A stretch of 38,824 nucleotides of DNA from a virus. Within the stretch, counting starts at the first letter, position 1. Each line of letters starts with the position of its first letter. A program made the position numbers and the translations under genes. Location of the stretch: IMG/VR virus record IMGVR_UViG_3300014838_000008, one strand, 5' to 3'. This document shows, one piece after another, positions 16,919-24,778 of the stretch. The notes under the pieces were generated by a model. The model did not search any database. It was not told where the DNA came from and saw only the letters and a list, made by a program, of their open reading frames with translations.

Positions 16919-17704
16919 TTAGATCTCCCCAAGGTTTTTAGTGGCTATTCTCATGAAATCGGCATCAGACATCGTTGCATAGTAGTCGGCCTGGCTAAGC
17001 ACGCTTTGACCTCCTGCCTGAGCAAGAGTGGCGGGTTTGCGGGCGTTTTCTACTATCTTCTGTGCGTTAGTGTTTAGTTGAGCGGGCTTCGGTGCAGGTG
17101 CTTCCATTCTTGATTGAGCCATCTTACCGAGATCATAGGCCGTTAAAGCCGGATTAGATGATCCACGGATTGCTTGGGCAAGATGTGGTTTTTGTTTAAG
17201 TAATGGGCCAGTAAACTTTTCCAATACTTCCGCATAATCGGGGTGAGCTGATGAAACCTGGAGTTCTTCAATGCGCGAATGATACTCTTGCTCACGTTGT
17301 TCAAAAGCGCGGCGAATTTCTGCCACATTTGGAACATCGTTGTCGCTTAATCCATCGAGAAATTTCTTAGGCTCGGGAGCCTCATATCTCTGTTGGGGCT
17401 GCGCATTCGCTTTAAATAGCTCTAGGTTTTGTCGGTACTCTTGTTTTTCAACATCCCTTTCTGCTTTTAGTCTTTCAATTTCTTCTCGAAGTGCTGCGAA
17501 GTTCTGCTCTTGTCTGGAGGGTTCTTTTGCCTGAACAGATTCAGCGCTCTCGAGAGGCGCTTCTGGAGGAGGCGATAAAAACTCTTTGTAGACGTGAGCA
17601 TCATCATTAGCTAATTCTTGCTGATAAGAATTTGGACTTACCTGTTGAACCGCGGCGGCCGGATCTAATATCTCGCCCGAATAATCTTTCATATCTATCG
17701 ACAT
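16919..17704 (-). CDS. Scaffolding protein, 261 aa
   Basis: Acidic, helical, coiled-coil rich (EEIERLKAERDVEKQEYRQNLE). Directly upstream of the MCP. Confidence 0.6.
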   Translation of the reverse strand: MSIDMKDYSGEILDPAAAVQQVSPNSYQQELANDDAHVYKEFLSPPPEAPLESAESVQAKEPSRQEQNFAALREEIERLKAERDVEKQEYRQNLELFKANAQPQQRYEAPEPKKFLDGLSDNDVPNVAEIRRAFEQREQEYHSRIEELQVSSAHPDYAEVLEKFTGPLLKQKPHLAQAIRGSSNPALTAYDLGKMAQSRMEAPAPKPAQLNTNAQKIVENARKPATLAQAGGQSVLSQADYYATMSDADFMRIATKNLGEI

Positions 17705-17768
17705 AGTTTCCTTAGCGTGGCGACCGCTATTTTACGCCCAATTTTTTGGAATCTAATTTTTCTCATTT

Positions 17769-18149
17769 TCAAGAGAGAAGAACATTCAACTCTTTTCCTT
17801 TTTCCATCACTGATGGGAGCGCGTCTTCCGCTTTTTCCCCCAAAAGACTTGGATCAACGGGTACGTCAGGCGGAGCGGATAGATGAGGTTGAAACTCAAA
17901 AATCCCCAACGGGTTATTGACGAACCAAACGAGAATCCCCAACATTGGTGTTGGTCTCTTAAAATACGCTTTCATGGTCTGCTTATAGACACCCTGCTTC
18001 ATCCTTGCGGACTGAACATTATCCATCTTGGCGGCATACACAATGTAGAAGGGCTTGACCTCATTTTTCATGTTGTTGGCGAAATCTTCCGCCATCTTCA
18101 TGACATCTCGTCCCCATTTCTCTCTTGCTTCACCTATAAGCGTCGGCAT
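17769..18149 (-). CDS. Hypothetical head-module protein, 126 aa
   Basis: ORF track entry. Lies between portal and scaffold. Confidence 0.4.
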   Translation of the reverse strand: MPTLIGEAREKWGRDVMKMAEDFANNMKNEVKPFYIVYAAKMDNVQSARMKQGVYKQTMKAYFKRPTPMLGILVWFVNNPLGIFEFQPHLSAPPDVPVDPSLLGEKAEDALPSVMEKGKELNVLLS

Positions 18150-18398
18150 CTAATATCCTGAGTTAGCATCCCAGCCATAACTTTTGAATTGGCTATGGAT
18201 TTTCTTTTCATCGGATGCGCAACCATGTTTGCCGGCTTGACCGTAGGCGGTGTCCATTGCTTCGCCTTTATAATCTTCGCAATTTTCCATAGGCTCATTT
18301 TTACGAGACTTTGGAACATGCGGTTTTTCTACTTCATTCTCATACATCGCATGGCCGGAATGACCCATATGACCATCCATGTGCTTATGTTTTTTCAT
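18150..18398 (-). CDS. His-rich small protein, 82 aa (MKKHKHMDGHMGHSGHAMY...)
   Basis: ORF track entry. 7 His in the first 17 residues plus two Cys. Confidence 0.4.
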   Translation of the reverse strand: MKKHKHMDGHMGHSGHAMYENEVEKPHVPKSRKNEPMENCEDYKGEAMDTAYGQAGKHGCASDEKKIHSQFKSYGWDANSGY

Positions 18399-18404
18399 AT
18401 GCCT

Positions 18405-18587
18405 CTACTTGTGCATTTTTTTTAACGTTTCAGCGAGTCGAGCGCGTTTGCCCTCTACCCCTTTCTTTTTTGCAGCCATTGCCAGCTTTTTAGCTGGGAT
18501 AGGTTTGCCTTTTTTAGCGTGGAGTTCTTTTCTCAACGCGCCTTTATTTTCAGGCTTAATTGCATCCTGAATCCATTTTTTAGCCAT
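18405..18587 (-). CDS. Small basic protein, 60 aa
   Basis: ORF track entry. The KGALRKELHAKKGKPIPAKKL...KRARLAETLKK pattern recurs in small phage and bacterial proteins. Confidence 0.45.
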   Translation of the reverse strand: MAKKWIQDAIKPENKGALRKELHAKKGKPIPAKKLAMAAKKKGVEGKRARLAETLKKMHK

Positions 18588-18596
18588 TTGATCTCT

Positions 18597-18812
18597 CTAT
18601 CGTTTATGTCGTGGGTATTCTTTATGGCTTTCTCTCGCATATTCGTTATAATCGCCGGAGTCAGCAGGAGGAGATGGGGGCAATAAATAGCCATATGGTT
18701 TCTCTTGAGCCTGCACATACATGTCGAGCTGACGACTTTGCGATTCTGGAGGCATCACATGCGAGAAGGATTCTGGATAAACGTCTGGGAACTTTTTATT
18801 CTTGTCTTTCAC
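18597..18812 (-). CDS. Hypothetical protein, 71 aa
   Basis: ORF track entry. First gene after the internal promoter at 18850..18878. Confidence 0.4.
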   Translation of the reverse strand: MKDKNKKFPDVYPESFSHVMPPESQSRQLDMYVQAQEKPYGYLLPPSPPADSGDYNEYARESHKEYPRHKR

Positions 18813-18849
18813 GGGAGCCTCAATAGTAATATGTATAGATTCAAATTTA

Positions 18850-18878
18850 ATTTTACATTATTAAGCAATATTGTGTAA
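18850..18878 (-). promoter_or_regulatory. Sigma70-like promoter TTACAC-N17-TAAAAT
   Basis: Minus strand: -35 at 18878..18873, -10 at 18855..18850. Lies in the AT-rich 82-bp gap downstream of the portal gene. Confidence 0.45.
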
Positions 18879-18894
18879 TAATTATTTGAATATA

Positions 18895-21009
18895 TTACGC
18901 TGCTGTGGCTTCAGAAACCGCTTTAGGGACTGGTGCTTGAGGTTTCGCGTTCTCAGGAGTGTTCCTATCCTCTTCAGCTTTTTGACCGCCTTCTAGGGCC
19001 TTTAAAACTTGAATTTTCTGCATCAGATTAGATATATCTAACCCTTCAAGCTCTTTTACGGCTTTAATCAGGTTGAGGACTCCGCTGGTGCGGTCTTCTT
19101 CTGCTCTGGAGATACGCTCTGCGGAGAGGGCTGCGTCGAGCTGGACTTTATTGAGTCGTTCGGCTGCAAGGGCTTGATCGCTCTGAGCTTTAGCATTAAG
19201 AGAGTTAGTGACGGTCTCTTGCTGCTGAAGTTGCTGACGGAGCTGCATGTCTTGAACCTGCTGTGCCATCTTCGCTTTGGCTTCGAGGCGATCTTGTAGA
19301 TCTTTTTTATTGTGGAGGTTAGAATTCTTAATAATAAGCGCATCATCGACATCGACTCCCATCATTTTTAGAGCAGTCAGCTGTACGAATTGAGATTGGC
19401 GCTGAGTATCTGTGAGTACGCCTTCTTCCACAACCACATCATATTTAGAGAAGGTTTTGGAATAGAATTCAGGAGTTGGCTGCTTTTTGGTGATTAACTG
19501 GATCTTTTCTGGGGTATAATTGGCTTGGATCAATTTGAGGACTTTTCGACCTAAGAGCTTTTGAGAATCGCGGAGTCCATCGAAGATATCTTGTAGATTG
19601 ACGAGACCTGCTGCCTGACGCATTTTAGCGAGGATACCAGCTGTTTCGATTTTATCATTCTCTGCCATACCGAGATTTTCTGGGCTGATACCCACGTTCT
19701 CGATCATGTCCTTGTTGAACTCATTCTCTAACTGAAATAAAGAGGGATGGATGCCTGGAGCTTCGATTCTCTGGATGTCGGTCATTTGAGCTTCCGGCTT
19801 GAGGAAGATGACCTGACCATTACCTGACTTGAAGAGAGAAGCGTTATTGGTGACCGCGCCTGTTTTTGCGATCCATCCAGAGTTCAGCTGAGCGTCGATG
19901 ATATCGACCATTTTCGAGCGACGTTTATTGAGTTCTGTCTGCGGATCACGAATGAGGCGGACTAGAGATTGAATTTTCCAGGTATATAGATCATAGGAGG
20001 GTTCAAATGTGCAGAGGAATGGAACCATGGGGTATTCATTAAGGCCGCCTGGGTCTTTTCCGTAATAGAGGAGTTCTCCTTCTACGATAATCCCCAGCTC
20101 CACGCTTTTAACTGGTTTGCGAACGATCTCAATTTGAGGGAATGCCTCACGGAACATACGGAGGCGTTTGCGGTCTCCATTCCATTCTTTTGTTTCCCCT
20201 GATTCCATATCAACCAGAACATCTTTTGTCTCCCAGCGAGTGCGCCAATATTCTGTATAATTCAATAACTTCTGCATACCCCATTGGCGGGCATAAGGCA
20301 TATAAGTGAATTTATCATCTCTCGATCCCCAAGGTAGCACATTGATTTTATCCTCTTTATCGGGAAGGAGAGAGATTACTTCGGTGCGGGAGAGAAATTT
20401 TCTGCGAGCAACGAAGCTACAATCTGAAAGATCCTTCTTTGTGAAGAATGGATCTAGGATTACCGCATTCCATTCATCCAGGTGGAATTTAACGTCTCCA
20501 GAGATAGGGTCGGAGCGGTAATCCATGTACGGAGAGACGAAGGAGATGCCAGTTGTAAGAGCGCCTTTAAAAGCGTCAGAGATGATCGTATAGCCATCCG
20601 CTGATTCCATGACGTGCTGAATGGTATCAGTGAAAATATCTGCTGTGAGATCAGCAGCATCTTCCACGGGAGAGATGATTGTCGCAAGTCGGTTTTTGCG
20701 CTGATATCCCTGAATGAGATTGATGATTCGGCGGATTTTATTGTATGTGAAGGAAGATCGACGCTGATTATTAAGATACGCCAGTTCTTCCAAAGACCAC
20801 TGATTCCCGAGGTAGTAGGAAAGGTCTTTGTATGCTTCAGCGTAATAGGTATTCCAGAGCTGATAGGCTCTCTCATAAGATTCACCGAAGTCCTGAATGA
20901 TGTCTTGGTGGAATTCCAGGCGATCATCATTAGCGATCTTTTTCTTGTAATCCCCTAGAAAATCGCGGGTATCCTGCGATTGGGAATAATCGCTCATGGG
21001 GCTGGCCAT
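18895..21009 (-). CDS. Portal protein, 704 aa, with a long C-terminal helical (barrel-like) extension
   Basis: Size, position in the head module, and a Q/A/L-rich ~120-aa coiled C-terminus reminiscent of the P22 portal barrel. Confidence 0.7.
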   Translation of the reverse strand: MASPMSDYSQSQDTRDFLGDYKKKIANDDRLEFHQDIIQDFGESYERAYQLWNTYYAEAYKDLSYYLGNQWSLEELAYLNNQRRSSFTYNKIRRIINLIQGYQRKNRLATIISPVEDAADLTADIFTDTIQHVMESADGYTIISDAFKGALTTGISFVSPYMDYRSDPISGDVKFHLDEWNAVILDPFFTKKDLSDCSFVARRKFLSRTEVISLLPDKEDKINVLPWGSRDDKFTYMPYARQWGMQKLLNYTEYWRTRWETKDVLVDMESGETKEWNGDRKRLRMFREAFPQIEIVRKPVKSVELGIIVEGELLYYGKDPGGLNEYPMVPFLCTFEPSYDLYTWKIQSLVRLIRDPQTELNKRRSKMVDIIDAQLNSGWIAKTGAVTNNASLFKSGNGQVIFLKPEAQMTDIQRIEAPGIHPSLFQLENEFNKDMIENVGISPENLGMAENDKIETAGILAKMRQAAGLVNLQDIFDGLRDSQKLLGRKVLKLIQANYTPEKIQLITKKQPTPEFYSKTFSKYDVVVEEGVLTDTQRQSQFVQLTALKMMGVDVDDALIIKNSNLHNKKDLQDRLEAKAKMAQQVQDMQLRQQLQQQETVTNSLNAKAQSDQALAAERLNKVQLDAALSAERISRAEEDRTSGVLNLIKAVKELEGLDISNLMQKIQVLKALEGGQKAEEDRNTPENAKPQAPVPKAVSEATAA

Positions 21010-21019
21010 CAGAACCTCG

Positions 21020-21059
21020 GGTAAATAATAATTTGATTATATTCAAAAAATTATTTACC
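21020..21059. promoter_or_regulatory. 10-bp perfect inverted repeat (ggtaaataat / attatttacc, 20-nt loop containing TATAAT on the minus strand) just upstream of portal
   Basis: Read directly. Lies in the 57-bp gap between 21067 and the portal start at 21009. Confidence 0.4.
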
Positions 21060-21066
21060 TTCTAGT

Positions 21067-21294
21067 CTAATTGCCCGTTAATACGCTCGCTAGTTGATCT
21101 AATTCAATTAGAGCTTCATCTTTATTAGAAAATTCAATTGCAAGAGAGGTTCCATTTAAATAAGTGACCAATATTAGATACTTCTCTGCTTCTTCATCGA
21201 AATTGGTTGAAACCACATGAATATTCTCAATCAAGAAAATATGATCTTTGATTCTATAAAATTCAGTCTTTCCAAGTTTTTTCTTTATTCCCAT
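21067..21294 (-). CDS. Hypothetical protein, 75 aa
   Basis: ORF track entry. Confidence 0.4.
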   Translation of the reverse strand: MGIKKKLGKTEFYRIKDHIFLIENIHVVSTNFDEEAEKYLILVTYLNGTSLAIEFSNKDEALIELDQLASVLTGN

Positions 21295-21479
21295 ATAAAA
21301 TTAGCCTTGATGATGATGTTTTCGGGCTTTCCCTTGAAGTTGGCGACCGCTTGATCGATTAAGCGTTTTAAATCGGCGCTTTCATGGGAAATTTCTATGG
21401 GACTATATACTAGAAAATCCTGTTTAAAGGAAACATCTTCGCTTTTGATCTTTACTGAGATGGTTGTAGGCATTAGCAC
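21285..21479 (-). CDS. Hypothetical protein, 64 aa (probable start ATG 21473, TAATG-coupled)
   Basis: ORF track entry (GTG start). The internal ATG shares its A with the upstream stop. Confidence 0.4.
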   Translation of the reverse strand: MLMPTTISVKIKSEDVSFKQDFLVYSPIEISHESADLKRLIDQAVANFKGKPENIIIKANFIWE

Positions 21480-21667
21480 ATCGCCTTTTTAGCTTTTTTG
21501 AATTTATCGATCATTGGATCTCTCTTATCGCGATCTTCTACTTTTAGCTTTTCATTCTTCTTTTCTGCTTTCTTCAGCACTTTTACAGCAGCCTTCGGTT
21601 TGCCCTTCTTGACATCCTTCTCCGCTACTTTCATATTTTCCGTGATCTTGTGAATTTTCTTGTCCAT
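21473..21667 (-). CDS. Lys-rich small protein, 64 aa
   Basis: ORF track entry. Its stop is coupled (TAATG) to the next gene. Overlaps the tail of 21552..21839 in another frame. Confidence 0.4.
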   Translation of the reverse strand: MDKKIHKITENMKVAEKDVKKGKPKAAVKVLKKAEKKNEKLKVEDRDKRDPMIDKFKKAKKAMC

Positions 21668-21839
21668 CTTCTATCCTTATAAATTCTTCAGCTTGTTGAA
21701 TTTCAAATAACTTAAAAAAGCAGTCTGTGCAATAGAAATACTCTATGCGTTCCTGCTTTTCATCATGGGAGATCATCAGATTTCCCTCTATGAAAATCCC
21801 ATTGCATCTACCGCAAACATATTGGGCTTCATCTTCCAT
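21552..21839 (-). CDS. Zn-ribbon protein (CGRC...CTDC), 95 aa as an open frame; the C-terminal ~35 aa may be read-on through the next gene
   Basis: ORF track entry. Two CxxC pairs in the first 50 aa. Purine-rich tail overlaps 21473..21667. Confidence 0.4.
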   Translation of the reverse strand: MEDEAQYVCGRCNGIFIEGNLMISHDEKQERIEYFYCTDCFFKLFEIQQAEEFIRIEDGQENSQDHGKYESSGEGCQEGQTEGCCKSAEESRKEE

Positions 21840-21840
21840 C

Positions 21841-22005
21841 TTAAAACTTCTTCTGAATTAAGGGAGTGATCGGAGTGACCTGAATATCGACCCCTTCATT
21901 CTTTTTCAGAACGGTCTCGGTGAGTTTTTCCATCTCATCGGATGGTTGGCTCTTGTTAAAAAGGGTGCAACTGCATAAAGTTGTTAAAAGTATTAAATAT
22001 TTCAT
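21841..22005 (-). CDS. 54-aa putative lipoprotein (MKYLILLTTLCSCTLFNKSQ...)
   Basis: ATGA overlap with the RNA ligase stop. Signal-peptide-like N-terminus with a lipobox-like L-C-S-C. Below the track cutoff. Confidence 0.45.
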   Translation of the reverse strand: MKYLILLTTLCSCTLFNKSQPSDEMEKLTETVLKKNEGVDIQVTPITPLIQKKF

Positions 22006-22670
22006 TGAAACTCCTTACATTTTAATTTAAACATAATTGGTCTACCATTACGGAAAAGCATGAGAGGTGCGGAACGTGCAACAACCCCTTCCATCATTTG
22101 TGGAATTTCAGAGCAGCGACTTAGTGGCTTTGACTTCACGAAATCCACAATTTCATCTTCTGTCATTATCCCGATATGAGGTACAGCAGGAACAGATATT
22201 TCTGATGCTATGGCCCGCATATCTTGACTTTGTAGTACCCAATTGCCGACCACTACGTCAAACATGATAAATCCTGGGTGTTTGCGGTAATTTCCTCCGC
22301 CAGCCTGGATTTTTGGGCCATACCCCTCTCCAAAGAGAGTTACCTTCTGAGCATCTTTAAAAACGCTCTCGATCTTTTCCAGCGTAAATACTGTTTGTAG
22401 ATAAGTGAGAAGATGCGGGGCGATCTGCGCATTATCTGTTCTTCCAGCGATTCTAAAAGACTTGTCCCTTTCATATTCTATCCTTATATTGGTTCCATCG
22501 ATCTTTTCTGAGACATCCCATTTCTTGATATTCCCAAACTCTTCATCTGCATAATCACCGATAATTAAAGATTTAAGAACATTTGGATAAAATGATGATT
22601 TTTTCTTATCTTGATCGAAATACCAGCCTTGTCTCTTCCATAGGCTATTTATCTTGTAATACTCGCTCAT
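22002..22670 (-). CDS. ATP-dependent RNA ligase (minimal Rnl / DRB0094-like nucleotidyltransferase), 222 aa
   Basis: Ligase motifs I SEKIDGTN, III LFGEGYG, IIIa FIMFDVV, IV EGVVAR and V MFKLKCK occur in the canonical order and spacing. Confidence 0.7.
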   Translation of the reverse strand: MSEYYKINSLWKRQGWYFDQDKKKSSFYPNVLKSLIIGDYADEEFGNIKKWDVSEKIDGTNIRIEYERDKSFRIAGRTDNAQIAPHLLTYLQTVFTLEKIESVFKDAQKVTLFGEGYGPKIQAGGGNYRKHPGFIMFDVVVGNWVLQSQDMRAIASEISVPAVPHIGIMTEDEIVDFVKSKPLSRCSEIPQMMEGVVARSAPLMLFRNGRPIMFKLKCKEFQ

Positions 22671-22908
22671 CGCCTATTCCTTTCTTTTTCCATTGAGAAA
22701 ATCCGTAAAAGTTAAGCCATATTGAAATGAGGCAAAATGCGCCTTGTGCATAGAGGCCGATGTAAAAATCTCTGACCATCCAATAGATCGCTCCGAATGC
22801 CCAGATTAGAAAACATACTCTTCGCCCCTTCGCATTCAACCATCTTGCCCATTTACCAGAAAGGGAAACGACTGTATCAAGTGCTTCCCCGATCCAATTA
22901 ATTTCCAT
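22645..22908 (-). CDS. 3-TM membrane protein resembling one half of a PnuC nicotinamide-riboside transporter, 87 aa
   Basis: FLIWAFGAIYWMVRDFYIGLYAQGAFCLISIWLNFYGFSQWKKK matches the PnuC pattern (...GLYa.a.l.......iyGw..W) as I remember it. Confidence 0.4.
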   Translation of the reverse strand: MEINWIGEALDTVVSLSGKWARWLNAKGRRVCFLIWAFGAIYWMVRDFYIGLYAQGAFCLISIWLNFYGFSQWKKKGIGDERVLQDK

Positions 22909-23105
22909 TATTCAGTTAATTTTAAAGTATAATCACTAATTTGATCTAATGATGATAATTTAAATATTATATAATTACAATTTCCCTCATCATCTTTACT
23001 ATTTAAATATTGTGGCAATTCTTCAGGTTTTGAAGTATATTGTGCAGCATTATATTCTCTTCCTGAATCAGCTCTTAAAATTAGATATATTTCTTTTTTA
23101 GACAT
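22908..23105 (-). CDS. Hypothetical protein, 65 aa
   Basis: ORF track entry. Confidence 0.4.
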   Translation of the reverse strand: MSKKEIYLILRADSGREYNAAQYTSKPEELPQYLNSKDDEGNCNYIIFKLSSLDQISDYTLKLTE

Positions 23106-23122
23106 AAAGCTCCATTTATGTT

Positions 23123-23317
23123 TTAAATAATGACTGTTAATTTTAAAGGATGTTCAATACAGTCAATAAATGAACTCCCGTCATCTTTTGTGGTCTTGCA
23201 AATGTTTTGCCCATTGCCACATCTAGTACAATGATGTCTTACCCAGGATTTATTCTTTTTATCAGGCAAAAAAGTTATTAAATGCTCTACTACTTCTATA
23301 TATTTTATATTTGGCAT
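23123..23317 (-). CDS. Cys/His-rich (Zn-binding-like) small protein, 64 aa
   Basis: ORF track entry. HHCTRCGNGQNIC...C..H. Confidence 0.4.
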   Translation of the reverse strand: MPNIKYIEVVEHLITFLPDKKNKSWVRHHCTRCGNGQNICKTTKDDGSSFIDCIEHPLKLTVII

Positions 23318-23320
23318 CTA

Positions 23321-23410
23321 TTACTTCAGTTTTAAATTAGGGACAATTCCAGGAGGTAAAGGTATCCTGGGTAACGGGATGAAAGGACTCTGAACGCTAT
23401 TCTGAGTCAT
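23321..23410 (-). CDS. Proline-rich mini-ORF, 29 aa (MTQNSVQSPFIPLPRIPLPPGIVPNLKLK)
   Basis: ATG at 23410. Stop TAA at 23323..23321, 3 nt before the next ATG. Contains PPG. Confidence 0.3.
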   Translation of the reverse strand: MTQNSVQSPFIPLPRIPLPPGIVPNLKLK

Positions 23411-23438
23411 CGGGCTTATCGGCGACCTCTGAGGTGGC

Positions 23439-23678
23439 CTAGGAATCATTGGAATGCAGATTGGCATGATGTGCCTTATAAATATGAATCATTTTTTCTA
23501 AACAATCTTTAATTATATCAGTAGGATTTAATTTTAATTTTTCTCCGTGATACCCATTCCATAAATACATTAAATCTATATCTTCCAGCAATCCTTGTTT
23601 CCAAGCAATGCAAGCACCTTTGCCAAATGCCCATTCACTAAATTCAGGGTCTACAGAGGTATCTACTATTGCTCTCAT
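23439..23678 (-). CDS. Hypothetical protein, 79 aa from ATG 23678 (the track version starts at TTG 23726)
   Basis: The first ATG sits in an ATGA overlap with the stop of the Pro-rich mini-ORF 23675..23785. The TTG start has no SD. Confidence 0.45.
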   Translation of the reverse strand: MRAIVDTSVDPEFSEWAFGKGACIAWKQGLLEDIDLMYLWNGYHGEKLKLNPTDIIKDCLEKMIHIYKAHHANLHSNDS

Positions 23679-23785
23679 GATCTCACTGGAGGGGTTGGCA
23701 AAGATCCTAATGGCTTTGGCGCCCAAGGCCCTTGCGGGAATGAATTTGGCGGCTTCGGTGGTTTTGGTGTAATTACTCGTCCCAT
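23675..23785 (-). CDS. Proline-rich mini-ORF, 36 aa (MGRVITPKPPKPPNSFPQGPWAPKPLGSLPTPPVRS)
   Basis: The ATG lies 1 nt after the GroES-like stop. Ends in an ATGA overlap with the downstream gene. 12 Pro in 36 aa. Confidence 0.35.
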   Translation of the reverse strand: MGRVITPKPPKPPNSFPQGPWAPKPLGSLPTPPVRS

Positions 23786-23786
23786 G

Positions 23787-24053
23787 TTAATTATCCTTTA
23801 ATATCGCTAAAACCTGATTATCCGCTATTGAAAAGTAAATTTCATCATCAATATTAATTAAAACCCCTGATTCTCCAGGTAATATAATTATATCGCCTTC
23901 TTGCACATTTTTATCGACTTCTGATCCTACAGCGATAACTACCGCATGCAACTCTTTTTTTTCTCTTTCAATCAGGAGTATTCCCTTTTGAGGCTTTTCT
24001 TCTTGGGGGATTATCTGAACTACGATTCTTTTTCCGGCGGCTGCTATTTTCAT
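23787..24053 (-). CDS. groES: GroES-like co-chaperonin (Cpn10 / gp31-like), 88 aa
   Basis: GKRIVVQIIPQEEKPQKGILLI...HAVVIAVGSEVDKNVQEGDIIILPGESGVLINIDDEIYFSIADNQVLAIL follows the Cpn10 pattern along its whole length. Confidence 0.7.
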   Translation of the reverse strand: MKIAAAGKRIVVQIIPQEEKPQKGILLIEREKKELHAVVIAVGSEVDKNVQEGDIIILPGESGVLINIDDEIYFSIADNQVLAILKDN

Positions 24054-24291
24054 AATTCCTCTCTATTTTTTTTAGGCAATCTGGGCATTGATAATGAGTT
24101 GTCATATCTAAATCCCAGTCATATATCCCTATGATTCTGGAAAATTGCTTAGGCGATTCTTTCGTCCATCCATAATGCGAGGCCGTTTCTAGGGCTTTTG
24201 CTTCATCGCCATATTTCTTAAGAAAGTGCTGGAATATATCGCCTGAATCTAACACGGTCTTGCAATGCGGGCAATGTGAGGGATGGGACAT
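23968..24291 (-). CDS. Zn-ribbon protein (CPHC...CPDC), 107 aa; its basic tail overlaps the groES-like start by 86 nt
   Basis: ORF track entry. Two CPxC pairs. Confidence 0.45.
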   Translation of the reverse strand: MSHPSHCPHCKTVLDSGDIFQHFLKKYGDEAKALETASHYGWTKESPKQFSRIIGIYDWDLDMTTHYQCPDCLKKIERNYENSSRRKKNRSSDNPPRRKASKGNTPD

Positions 24292-24306
24292 TTTATCCTT
24301 TAAATT

Positions 24307-24381
24307 TCTGGGTGGAAGGATTTGAACCTCCGACCTGCCGGCTCCAAACCGGACGCGCTAGCCAAGCTGCGCTACACCCAG
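24307..24381 (-). tRNA. tRNA-Pro (anticodon UGG)
   Basis: Hand-folded cloverleaf: acceptor CTGGGTG/CACCCAG; D arm GCGC-AGCTTGGCTA-GCGC; anticodon arm (T)CCGG-TTTGGAG-CCGG(C); variable loop AGGTC; T arm GGAGG-TTCAAAT-CCTTC; discriminator A. No encoded CCA. Confidence 0.85.
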
Positions 24382-24382
24382 A

Positions 24383-24455
24383 TAAGAGCGGATGGATTTG
24401 CACCATCGATCACTTCCTTATAAGAGAAGGGCTTTGACTGCTTAGCTACGCTCTT
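24383..24455 (-). tRNA. tRNA-Ile (anticodon UAU), atypical D and T loops
   Basis: Hand-folded: acceptor AAGAGCG/CGCTCTT perfect; 3-bp D stem GCT/AGC with loop AAGCAGTCAA (no GG); anticodon arm CTTCT-CTTATAA-GGAAG; T arm GATGG-TGCAAAT-CCATC (G at position 55). Ends 1 nt before tRNA-Pro. Confidence 0.65.
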
Positions 24456-24569
24456 CCATATCTTTTTAAGCCGAGCCATTTGCGATAGTTTCTCACTCGG
24501 CAATCACAAACAAAGTTTCCTTCTCTATGAAGATTCTCTTTTTTTAACTTCTTGTCGTCGAATTTCTTT

Positions 24570-24767
24570 TTAGAGAGTTGTTTTATCTTTTTTATCGGAG
24601 ATATCAATTTTAAAAATTATCTTTGCTGCGCTTGACATTGCTTCATTTATTGATGTAATATTTCTGTCTTCTTCTTTTATACACATTAATTTTAACATTA
24701 ATATCATAGAAAAGCCCTTAATATTATCTTCTAATTCTTTTTGAGTAAATGTATAACTAGTTTCCAT
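24570..24767 (-). CDS. Hypothetical protein, 65 aa
   Basis: ORF track entry. Lies between rtcB and the tRNAs. Confidence 0.4.
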   Translation of the reverse strand: METSYTFTQKELEDNIKGFSMILMLKLMCIKEEDRNITSINEAMSSAAKIIFKIDISDKKDKTTL

Positions 24768-24778
24768 AATTTCCTTTC

